From an uncultured Gemmatimonadota bacterium (GTDB lineage Bacteria; Gemmatimonadota; Gemmatimonadetes; Gemmatimonadales; GWC2-71-9): DNA of 38,518 nucleotides. Both the position numbers and the translations under genes were made by a program. Within the stretch, counting starts at the first letter, position 1, and every line of letters begins with the position of its first letter. The notes below the pieces were generated by a model. The model saw nothing but the letters and a program-made list of their open reading frames with translations. It did not search any database and was not told where the DNA came from. Shown here piece after piece: positions 17,104 to 24,460 of this stretch. Location: NCBI GenBank assembly GCA_937871775.1, contig CALMOP010000182.1:1-38518 (forward strand), written 5' to 3'.

Positions 17104-18037
17104 GAAGCGACTCGCTCGTCAGGAGAAGGGGGCTGGGGTGGCCGGGGGTTCGGGGGTCGAACCGGGCCTGGTCGCGGTTGCGGGCCTGATCCAGTCCCTT
17201 GACGGAATCCAGGCCGGTCACCTTGAGAAAGATCGCGCCCGCGAGATCCGCCGCGCCGAGGTCGGCCCCCGTGAGGTCGGCCCCGGTGAAGTCGGTCTGC
17301 ACCAGATCGGCGTTACGGAGATCGGCTCGGATCAGCTTGGCGTCCGCGAGGGTGGCGAAGGAGAAGTCGGCCTTGTAGAGATTGGCCCCCGTGAAGTCGG
17401 CCCCGGTGAGGTCGGCGCTGACGAACTGGGCCCGCATGACGCCCATCGACTGGTTTCCCGGATCGGCCCCGATGTTGGCGTTCGCCAGCGTGGCGCCATT
17501 GAGCCTGGCCTTGCGCAGGTACCCGATGATCCGGGTATCCCGGAGGTCCGCCTCCCGCAGATCGGCAGCTTCCAGGATGGAGGCGAAGAGGCTCGCGCCC
17601 CGCAGGTTGGCTCGGCGAAGATCGGCCCGACGCAGGGTGGTGACATCCATGTTGGCGCCGGCAAAGACCGCGGCGGTCGCGATGGCATCGGTGAAGTCGC
17701 ACGAGAACAGCTGGGCCCCGCTCAGGTTGGTGCCCTCCAGCCGGGCACCGGTCAGATTGGCCTTGCGGAAGTCCACGGCCGTCAGGTCCAGCCCGCTGAG
17801 GTCCAGGCTGCTCAGGTCAGGGATTGCCGGAGCGACGACCTCTGCCAGGTAGGCCTTGATCTGCGGGACGGTCCGCAGCGATTCGGCCGGCGGGCGCATC
17901 GCGCGGATGCCCTCGCTGGCGCCCATGGCCGGCATGGCTCCGGGATCCTGGGCCTGCAGTGGTAATGCGGCACCGAGCAGGAAGGCCAGCAGCCGTCCCC
18001 TCGGCACCGCCATAAACACGCGCCGGTTCCGGGTCAT
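17012..18037 (-). CDS. Periplasmic pentapeptide-repeat protein
   Basis: AGGAGG sits 4 nt before ATG 18037. Signal peptide MTRNRRVFMAVPRGRLLAFLLGAALPLQAQ. A long A(D/N)LxG-type pentapeptide array follows. The 3' tail overlaps the next gene by 92 nt. Confidence 0.75.
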   Translation of the reverse strand: MTRNRRVFMAVPRGRLLAFLLGAALPLQAQDPGAMPAMGASEGIRAMRPPAESLRTVPQIKAYLAEVVAPAIPDLSSLDLSGLDLTAVDFRKANLTGARLEGTNLSGAQLFSCDFTDAIATAAVFAGANMDVTTLRRADLRRANLRGASLFASILEAADLREADLRDTRIIGYLRKARLNGATLANANIGADPGNQSMGVMRAQFVSADLTGADFTGANLYKADFSFATLADAKLIRADLRNADLVQTDFTGADLTGADLGAADLAGAIFLKVTGLDSVKGLDQARNRDQARFDPRTPGHPSPLLLTSESLHEPPPAPGVPRPAPPHRLPPRRGSARPHRW

Positions 18038-18054
18038 GGGACCTCCTGCACGGC

Positions 18055-18090
18055 AAAAGGAAGGGGACCGCGAGAGGACCCGCGGCCCCC
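18055..18090 (-). terminator. Rho-independent-type terminator between xoxG and the pentapeptide gene
   Basis: Stem GGGGACCGCG (18063-72) pairs with CGCGGCCCCC (18081-90) with one mismatch. On the minus strand it is followed by TTCCTTTTGCC. Confidence 0.55.
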
Positions 18091-18111
18091 GGAGATGCGC
18101 TGGGCCCACGG

Positions 18112-18546
18112 TTACTCGCTGGGTTTCACGGCCGGCCGACCGGGGGCGATCTTCCCGTCGGCGCGGCCTTTGATGTACAGGTACATCCGCTCGATCTTGT
18201 CCATTTCGAGACCCAGGGCGCACCAGGCCGGCATCCCCTTGTCGGGGCGGCCGGCGCACACCGTCATGATGAAGACTTCCTTGGTCGGGATCGGGCCGTC
18301 GTCCTTGAGTGACACAATCAGCGCCGGGGCGAAGGAGCTGCCCACCGCGTACTCGCCGTGGCAACGGGCGCAGTTCTCCTCGAACTGCTTCCAGCCCTGG
18401 TAGGTGTCGTTGTCCACGGTATCCCTGGGGGCCCGGTGATACTCATCGCGTATTTCCTGGGCAGCCGCACCGGTGGCCAGCAACGCCAGACCGGCACAAC
18501 CGAGCAGGGCCGCGCGGCAACTCCGGCGCAACACGGACGTGATCAT
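18112..18546 (-). CDS. xoxG: Periplasmic c-type cytochrome (XoxG / cytochrome cL-like)
   Basis: Signal peptide, a single CARCHG haem motif and a distal KGMPAW Met region. It lies next to xoxJ and xoxF. Confidence 0.75.
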   Translation of the reverse strand: MITSVLRRSCRAALLGCAGLALLATGAAAQEIRDEYHRAPRDTVDNDTYQGWKQFEENCARCHGEYAVGSSFAPALIVSLKDDGPIPTKEVFIMTVCAGRPDKGMPAWCALGLEMDKIERMYLYIKGRADGKIAPGRPAVKPSE

Positions 18547-18607
18547 CGGGGAGCGGGTTCCTTTCCAGAAGTGGGCGACGGACGGGCACCGGCTGGGTCC
18601 ACGGCCA

Positions 18608-19477
18608 TTACCGGGATGGCAAGCCGTTGGCGGACCCGGTGGAGGGGTCGGCTGCGAGCGGAAGCAGGGGGATGCCGTAGCTCTCGAGGACGGCGCGGAT
18701 ATCGGGGGCCTTGGCGGTCAAGAACCGCTCCAGACTGTCCTTCAGGGCGCGATCGCGGCGGCGGACCGCCAGGCCCATGTTGTAGGTCATCGGGGTCTGC
18801 GAGGCGGTGTCATCGGGGATCGAGGTCATGGTCAGGGGGATCCCGAGCTGCTTGGCGTAATAGCCCGCGATCGGGCCCCACACCATGGCCACATCCACGG
18901 TGCCATCGACCAGCGCCTTGATGATGTCCTCGGGATGGTCCCGGCCGCCGCTGAAGGCCGTCCCGAAGCCGACCAGGTTGCCGACCACCCCGTGGTGGGA
19001 GAGCACCATGGCCGGGGGGCTGTTCTCGGCATCGTTGGCGTACAGGTGGACGCCGATCTTCATGGTCTTCAGGGCCGGGTCATCGAGATCGACCACCAGA
19101 TGCGGCGCATCGGGGCGCTGGGCGAAGACGTAGCTGGCCTTGTAGTAGGGGCGGGTGACTCCGGCCATGTCGAAGCCGACCAGCGCCGGCGCCTGCATGA
19201 CGACGTCACAATACTGACCGTTCAGGGCCCGGCTGAAGAGTCCCCGCGGGGCAGCCCACCAGACGTATACCAGCTTGCTGTTCCAGGCCTGGGCCAGCAG
19301 TTCGGCCAGCTTGTTCTCATACCCTTCCCCGGCGCTGTTGGAAGAAGGGAGGTTGTCGGGGTCGGCGCAGACCCGTAGAATGCCGGGCTCCGCGGGGGCG
19401 GGCCGCTGGGCGGCGAGGGGTGGGGCGGTGAGCAGGCCCAGCAGGGCCAGCACGCTGCGGTGGTGGGTGATGGTCAT
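18608..19477 (-). CDS. xoxJ: MoxJ/XoxJ-type periplasmic solute-binding-like protein
   Basis: Signal peptide, then LRVCADPDNLPSSNSAGEGYENKLAELLAQAW, typical of quinoprotein-dehydrogenase-associated SBPs. Confidence 0.8.
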   Translation of the reverse strand: MTITHHRSVLALLGLLTAPPLAAQRPAPAEPGILRVCADPDNLPSSNSAGEGYENKLAELLAQAWNSKLVYVWWAAPRGLFSRALNGQYCDVVMQAPALVGFDMAGVTRPYYKASYVFAQRPDAPHLVVDLDDPALKTMKIGVHLYANDAENSPPAMVLSHHGVVGNLVGFGTAFSGGRDHPEDIIKALVDGTVDVAMVWGPIAGYYAKQLGIPLTMTSIPDDTASQTPMTYNMGLAVRRRDRALKDSLERFLTAKAPDIRAVLESYGIPLLPLAADPSTGSANGLPSR

Positions 19478-19565
19478 GACCTCAAGAACTCCCTCTGGCC
19501 AAGCGACCCGGCCCCGCGGCCGGTCAGGCCGTCGATTGCGGAAGGCGTCGGCTAGGACGACACAC

Positions 19566-19651
19566 AGGGGCGGGTCAGCGACCCACCCCTGTGGTTCAAG
19601 CTAGAGCATTGTGCGACGTGATCGTAGGGGTGGGCCGAAACCCACCCCTAC
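19566..19651 (-). repeat. Two hairpins built from the same 11-mer (AGGGGYGGGTC / GACCCACCCCT) in the xoxF-xoxJ spacer
   Basis: Hairpin 1 pairs 19566-76 with 19580-90 (10 of 11 bp, loop AGC). Hairpin 2 pairs 19624-34 with 19641-51 (11 bp, loop CCGAAA). Hairpin 2 begins 10 nt after the xoxF stop on the minus strand. No U-tract follows. Confidence 0.6.
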
Positions 19652-19661
19652 CCGGATTCGG

Positions 19662-21506
19662 TTACAGCCCGAAGACGGTAAGCACGCCACCCTGGGTCGA
19701 GAACTGACCCGCGTCGCCGAAGGCGCCAAGCGCGCCCAGGCCGGCGGTCGGATCCTCAGCGCCGATACCAGCGGCGACGCCGATGCCCGCCCAGCCGCCG
19801 ATGCCCGAAAGCACCGCGACGTACTGCTTCCCATCGGGACCCTTGTAGGTCATCGGGTTGCCGATGATGCCCGAGGGGGTCTTGAACTTCCACAGCAGCT
19901 TGCCGGTCTTCTGATCAACCGCCTTCAGCCAGCCTTCCATGGTGCCGTAGAAGGCCAAGCCGCCGGCGGTGGTCGCCACGCCGCCGTAAGCGGCGAGGTT
20001 TTCCTTGATCTCCCAGACCACTTTGCCGGCCATGGGATCCCAGGCGAGGAAGCGGCCACGGTGGCCGCCGGGGCCCGGGAACATCCGCACGATCGCGCCG
20101 ACGTACGGCTGACCGCGGGTGTACTTCACTTCAACGCCCTCATAGTCCATGCAGATGTGGTTCGCGGGGACGTAGAAGTAGCCGGTGATCGGCGAGTACG
20201 CCGCCGGCTGCTGATCCTTGAAGCCGATGGCGGCGGGGCAGATGCCTTCGCCGTTCTTCTTCGAGGTGGTGCCGTAACGCGGATCCTTGACCGGAACGCC
20301 CGTGGTCACGACGCCTTCCACCGGAGTGCCGGTGCCGGCGTTCTTGGCCCAGTTGATCGGGCCAAAGGCGTTGGCCACGATGACCTTGCCGTTGGTGCGG
20401 TCGACAGTGTACCCGATGCCGTTACGGTCGAAGTGCGCCAGCAGCTTCTGGTCGCCCTTCTCGAACAGGATGTCCTCGTTGACGCCGTCATAGTCCCACT
20501 CGTCGTGCGGCGTCATCTGATACGCCCACTTCGCCTTGCCCGTCTCCGGGTTGCGGGCGAAAATGGTCATGGACCACTTGTTGTCGCCCGGGCGCTGGTC
20601 AGGATTCCAGGTGCCGGGGTTGCCGACGCTGTAGTACAGCAGGTTCAGCTCGGGGTCGTAGGAGTACCAGCCCCAGGTGGTGCCGCCGCCGTGCTTCCAC
20701 TCGTCGCCCTGCCAGGTGGACACGCCGAGGTCCTTGCCCTTGTGCGACGGATAGTTCACGTTCGCGTCGCCTTCGATGCCGACTTCGGAGTCCGGACCGG
20801 TGCTGTACATGGTCCAGAGGTGCTTGCCGGTGTTGGCATCGAACGCCGAGATGCGGCCGCGGACGCCGAACTCACCACCGGAAATACCGGTCATCACCAT
20901 GTCCTTGATCACGATCGGCGCGACGGTGATGGTAGCGCCATCCTTGTACCCGACCGCTTCGGTCTGCGACGGCGACTGGGACGGATGCTGCACCGCCCAC
21001 AGCTGCTTGCCGGTCTTCGCGTCGATGGCGACCAGATCACCCTGCAGCGCGTTGATGTAAATCTTGCCGCTGGCGTGATAGGCGGTGCCACGGTTCACGA
21101 GGTCGCAGCAGGCGATTGGAATCGCGTCCGGGTTGTTCTTCGGCGTGAACTTCCAGATCTGCGGCGCGCCTTCCTTGGCGAGATCGAGCGCGTACACGAG
21201 GTTCGGGAACGAGGTGTGCACGTACATCACGTTCCCGATGACGAGGGGGTTGCCCTCGTGACCGCGGAGCGTCCCCGTCGAGAACGTCCAGGCGGCCTTC
21301 AAGCTGCCGACGTTCGCGGTGGTGACCTGCGCCAGCGGGCTGAAGCGCTGGAGGCTGTAATCCCGGCCGGGCATCTGCCAGTCGCCTTCCGGAGCGTTGC
21401 GCGTCCACGCCCCCGACCGCGCCTGGGCATAGGCCGACGGCGCGAGCAGGGTCAACCCTGCCGCGACGAGCCCGCCAGACAACATCTTGCGGGTGATACG
21501 GTTCAT
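19662..21506 (-). CDS. xoxF: PQQ-dependent methanol/alcohol dehydrogenase, XoxF (lanthanide) type
   Basis: 614 aa with signal peptide ...APSAYAQ and a vicinal Cys pair IACCD. PHDEWDYDGVNE carries Asp338 and the extra Asp340 (codon 20487-20489), where Ca-type MxaF has Ala. GAGG RBS lies 7 nt before the ATG. Confidence 0.92.
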   Translation of the reverse strand: MNRITRKMLSGGLVAAGLTLLAPSAYAQARSGAWTRNAPEGDWQMPGRDYSLQRFSPLAQVTTANVGSLKAAWTFSTGTLRGHEGNPLVIGNVMYVHTSFPNLVYALDLAKEGAPQIWKFTPKNNPDAIPIACCDLVNRGTAYHASGKIYINALQGDLVAIDAKTGKQLWAVQHPSQSPSQTEAVGYKDGATITVAPIVIKDMVMTGISGGEFGVRGRISAFDANTGKHLWTMYSTGPDSEVGIEGDANVNYPSHKGKDLGVSTWQGDEWKHGGGTTWGWYSYDPELNLLYYSVGNPGTWNPDQRPGDNKWSMTIFARNPETGKAKWAYQMTPHDEWDYDGVNEDILFEKGDQKLLAHFDRNGIGYTVDRTNGKVIVANAFGPINWAKNAGTGTPVEGVVTTGVPVKDPRYGTTSKKNGEGICPAAIGFKDQQPAAYSPITGYFYVPANHICMDYEGVEVKYTRGQPYVGAIVRMFPGPGGHRGRFLAWDPMAGKVVWEIKENLAAYGGVATTAGGLAFYGTMEGWLKAVDQKTGKLLWKFKTPSGIIGNPMTYKGPDGKQYVAVLSGIGGWAGIGVAAGIGAEDPTAGLGALGAFGDAGQFSTQGGVLTVFGL

Positions 21507-21627
21507 ATGATGACCTCATGATGAAGGGTGACAGCGGTCCTCTCGGCCCGCTGACGGCGCGGGGTGTCACCAGGTGCTCGCGCCGGCGTTTGCGCGCGTT
21601 CCCCCAGAACTCCCCGAGTTTCCTGCC

Positions 21628-21657
21628 CTGCACCTGCACCTGCACCTGCACCTGCAT
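21628..21657. repeat. Hexanucleotide tandem array (CTGCAC x4 plus CTGCAT), which reads GCAGGT-type on the xoxF strand
   Basis: It lies 122-151 nt upstream of the xoxF ATG. Confidence 0.85.
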
Positions 21658-21724
21658 GAAACACCAACGGCCACCCGCAGACTCTGCTGATGGCCGTTTA
21701 CCTGCCGGCGTTCCTCCCGACCTG

Positions 21725-21756
21725 ATTCGTCATACCAGTCTCCTTGCGAGACGAAT
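21725..21756 (-). promoter_or_regulatory. Hairpin ATTCGTC-N18-GACGAAT enclosing an AAGGAG Shine-Dalgarno and abutting an ATG
   Basis: The 7-bp arms are 21750-56 and 21725-31. On the minus strand AAGGAG spans 21745-21740 and ATG spans 21733-21731. An 11-codon ORF (MTNQVGRNAGR) runs to TAA at 21700-21698. Confidence 0.35.
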
Positions 21757-22078
21757 GACAATTCAACTCGGCGGGCCAACGCCAGTCTACACCACGGCCG
21801 CCGCCCCAGTAGCCGCTTGTGGCCTGGGGACGCGGATCACCAATCAAACCGATGTCGAAGCGGAACAATCGCAACTGAAGCCCTCACCTCAGGCACGGCG
21901 CCAGCCCCGGGATGTCCGGGACCCTGGTGGACTAGGAGTTCGCGGTTTAGGAGATACGGGCTTGTTATCGGTCGGGGGTGGGGTTCCCCGACTGTTGCGG
22001 CCCCACCGGATCACGCTGGTAGTACCGTCGGGCCGGGAAAGTGTTCCAGATCGCCGACCCCCGTAGAAGCAGGGGGCC

Positions 22079-22107
22079 AGTATACAGCCCCCCGAACAGG
22101 CTGTCAA
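22079..22107 (-). promoter_or_regulatory. Near-consensus sigma70-type promoter TTGACA-N17-TATACT reading toward xoxF
   Basis: On the minus strand the -35 TTGACA is 22107-22102 and the -10 TATACT is 22084-22079, with an exact 17-nt spacer. It sits in a local AT-richer patch 35 nt after the mptG stop. Confidence 0.45.
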
Positions 22108-22141
22108 TGCGATACTTGAGGCCGGCCCCTGGGCCAAAGGG

Positions 22142-23128
22142 TCAGGGGCCGACCCCGCTCCAGGACGTACTCACGAGGGCTCCCCGTTCCGAGAAGGGTG
22201 TGGCCACCACCAGCCCCTGCCCGCCCAGATGAGCCCGTATCCTCTGGGCCAGATCGCGGGCCGCATCCTCATGCGGTACCAGCCCGTAAACCGTTGGTCC
22301 CCAAGAGCTTTGGCCAACACCAAGGGCCCCGAAGCTCGCCATCCGGTCGACCAGCTCCCGGGTGGGGCCGGCCGCAAACGGGCCACCCTGGGCTGCGGCA
22401 AACCAGCCTCCGGTGATCTGCTGGACCGTGGTGAGCGCGGCCCCGAAGGCGGTGAGATCGGCGTCGGCCAGCGCCGGCAGCAGCTGCATCAGGACCAGAT
22501 GGGCCACCCGTTCCACTTCCCGCTCTTCCGGAAGCGGCAGCTGGCGAAATGCTTCCGCCTCCGCGTTCCCGGAAAGGCCAGGCTGGGTCTCCGGGATGGC
22601 GATGACCGCGCGCCAGCGGGGGGGAATGGGGAGTCTCGAGATCAGCGGAGCCACTCCCTCGCCCGACAGTCGGCGCCCGCCCTCGAGGACGAACCCGCCC
22701 AGCGCGAAGGTCCAGGTCCCGATCGCGGAACGCTGTCCCCGTCCCACCTGCCGGGCCAGGACCTGGGGGTCGGAGGGCAGGCCGTACAGTTCGGCCAGGG
22801 CCCGGGCCACCGCCAGGGCCAGCTGGGTGCCGGAGCCGAGGCCGGCGTGCGGCGGGATCACCCGCTGCACCCGGAAGTGGGCCCCGGCCCGCAGCCCGGC
22901 CGTGTCGCAGTAGCGGGCCGCGAATTCCAGCACCCGACCGGCATCGGGGCCCTCCGCTGTGAGCCGCTGGTCGGGAGTGACCTCGAGCAGGACCGAAGGC
23001 TCGGGCACTGCCGCCCCGATGCCGCCGAAGCGGCGGCCCAGGTGGCCGCGCAGGTCCAGCACCCCGAAGTGCAGCCGGGCCGGGGCCTCCACCGTGACCC
23101 GCACCGGACTTCCGTTCGGGGGCTTCAC
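22142..23128 (-). CDS. mptG: Beta-ribofuranosylaminobenzene 5'-phosphate (beta-RFAP) synthase, GHMP-kinase fold
   Basis: VEAPARLHFGVLDLRGHLGRRFGGIGAAV N-terminus and the PPHAGLGSGTQLALAVA GHMP motif. The GTG start overlaps the upstream stop as GTGA. Confidence 0.8.
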   Translation of the reverse strand: MKPPNGSPVRVTVEAPARLHFGVLDLRGHLGRRFGGIGAAVPEPSVLLEVTPDQRLTAEGPDAGRVLEFAARYCDTAGLRAGAHFRVQRVIPPHAGLGSGTQLALAVARALAELYGLPSDPQVLARQVGRGQRSAIGTWTFALGGFVLEGGRRLSGEGVAPLISRLPIPPRWRAVIAIPETQPGLSGNAEAEAFRQLPLPEEREVERVAHLVLMQLLPALADADLTAFGAALTTVQQITGGWFAAAQGGPFAAGPTRELVDRMASFGALGVGQSSWGPTVYGLVPHEDAARDLAQRIRAHLGGQGLVVATPFSERGALVSTSWSGVGP

Positions 23129-23700
23129 CCGGCCTCCGGGGCCGGCTGTCGCCGCCCCACGTATTCCCGGAGCAGGGTCATGGCTTCGCGCTCCCGCGGG
23201 CCCGCCGTCTTGTCGATGATGACCGTGAGCCGTTGGAACTCGCTGTGAATCAGCGCCGGCGCCAGCAGGTGGGTCCGGGTCGCCAGAATGGCCGCCTCCA
23301 GCACCGCGTGGCGGGCCCGGTTGAACCCCAGGAATTCCCGCCGCTGGCCGTGTCCCACCACCCGGGTCTCGATCCGGGCCCGGGGCGGCGCGGCGTCGAC
23401 AGCGACCACTTCCACCTCGCGCCAGGAGCAGGCGGCTTCCAGCACCCGGCCCCGGATCGCAGTGGCTGGAAAACTGGCCAGCTCCGCGATGGCCGGATGC
23501 CCGGTCACCGCCTGGGCAAACAGCAGCGCGTCATCGGTCAGGTTGACGACGGCGCCGGCTCCGTTGCCAAGGTTCTGGAAGGTGGTGGTGTCCACGAAGG
23601 GCTTGATGACCAGGCGGGCTTCGCCCCACTCGACCCCCATCGGGGCGACGTGGAGCTGATCGGTGGAGTCGAGAGTCGTCAGCAGGGTCTCGATGATCAT
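23125..23700 (-). CDS. DUF447 family protein (H4MPT/methylofuran-cluster protein, possibly MfnF-like)
   Basis: MIIETLLTTLDSTDQLHVAPMGVEW... matches my recollection of the DUF447 family conserved in archaeal-type C1 islands. The MfnF equivalence is from memory and unverified. Confidence 0.65.
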   Translation of the reverse strand: MIIETLLTTLDSTDQLHVAPMGVEWGEARLVIKPFVDTTTFQNLGNGAGAVVNLTDDALLFAQAVTGHPAIAELASFPATAIRGRVLEAACSWREVEVVAVDAAPPRARIETRVVGHGQRREFLGFNRARHAVLEAAILATRTHLLAPALIHSEFQRLTVIIDKTAGPREREAMTLLREYVGRRQPAPEAG

Positions 23701-23791
23701 GGGTCGAGCGAGCGGGAGGCCGGTCCCGACCGGGAGCGGGTCGGGTCACCAGCCTCAGGGAGCGCGAAAAGGGGTCTCATCCAGGGGGTTC

Positions 23792-24460
23792 CTAGCGCAC
23801 CAGTTCCGGCGGCGGCGGCTGGATCGCCAGGTCCAGGTCGGGCTGCGCCAGCGGCGCCGATGCTCCGTCGGCCCGGTCGGGGACCCGCTGGCCGCGGCCG
23901 CCGGTCAGGAACCAGTCGAGCATCCGGTAGCCGTACTCGGTCAACACCGACTCGGGATGAAACTGCACCCCCACGATGGGCAGCGAGCGGTGGCTTACCG
24001 CCATGATCTCGCCGTCCTCGGCGGTGGCCGTGACCTCCAGCTCCGGCGGCAGTGATTCCGGAGCGATGACCAGCGAATGATACCGGGTCGCGACGAGCGG
24101 GCTGGGGAGTCCGCTGAAGAGAGACGTGCCCCGGTGCTCGATGCGCGAGGTCTTCCCGTGCATCGGCCGTGCGGCCCGGACGATCTCCGCGCCGAACGCT
24201 GCCCCGATGGCCTGGTGGCCCAGACACACGCCGAGGATCGGGATGCCGGGCCCCAGCGTGCGGATGACCTCGATCGAGACCCCGGCCTCACGCGGGGTAC
24301 ACGGGCCGGGCGAGATGATGATGTGGCTCGGCGCCAGGGCCTCCAGCTGCTCGACGGTGAGCGCGTCGTTGCGGTGCACGGCGGCCTCCCCTCCCAGCTC
24401 CCGCACATAGCGGGCGAGGTTGTAGACGAAGCTGTCGTAATTGTCGATGAGCAGGATCAT
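23792..24460 (-). CDS. pabA: Glutamine amidotransferase component of aminodeoxychorismate (or anthranilate) synthase
   Basis: MILLIDNYDSFVYNLARYV, GVCLGHQAIG (nucleophile Cys) and GVQFHPES motifs. ATGA overlap with pabB. Confidence 0.85.
   Translation of the reverse strand: MILLIDNYDSFVYNLARYVRELGGEAAVHRNDALTVEQLEALAPSHIIISPGPCTPREAGVSIEVIRTLGPGIPILGVCLGHQAIGAAFGAEIVRAARPMHGKTSRIEHRGTSLFSGLPSPLVATRYHSLVIAPESLPPELEVTATAEDGEIMAVSHRSLPIVGVQFHPESVLTEYGYRMLDWFLTGGRGQRVPDRADGASAPLAQPDLDLAIQPPPPELVR

Noticed and set aside
19611-21521. 636-aa ORF antisense to xoxF, and similar antisense ORFs at 4196..5575, 6339..7289, 10230..11765, 13305..15284, 17021..17965 and 34028..34993
   Set aside because: All lie opposite genes with strong family motifs and have no motifs of their own. 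Their composition is the mirror image of GC3-rich coding sequence.
21567-21779. 70-aa minus-strand ORF containing CRCRCRCRCR
   Set aside because: The Cys-Arg repeat is simply the translation of the hexamer microsatellite. There is no RBS and no coding-like composition.
21770-21800. GACUGGCG...GGCCCGCCGAG on the xoxF strand, which resembles part of the ZTP (pfl) riboswitch core
   Set aside because: Only one 8-nt box matches. The second conserved element (CCGCCUGGGC) and the required helices and spacing are absent.
21507-22141. Search for a tRNA, tmRNA, RNase P, SRP or pqqA-like peptide gene in the large gap
   Set aside because: I saw no T-loop (GGTTCRANYC) with a matching acceptor stem, no GAGGAAAGUCC P4 box, no tmRNA ends and no ExxxY PqqA-type ORF in any frame. 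A covariance-model scan is still advisable.
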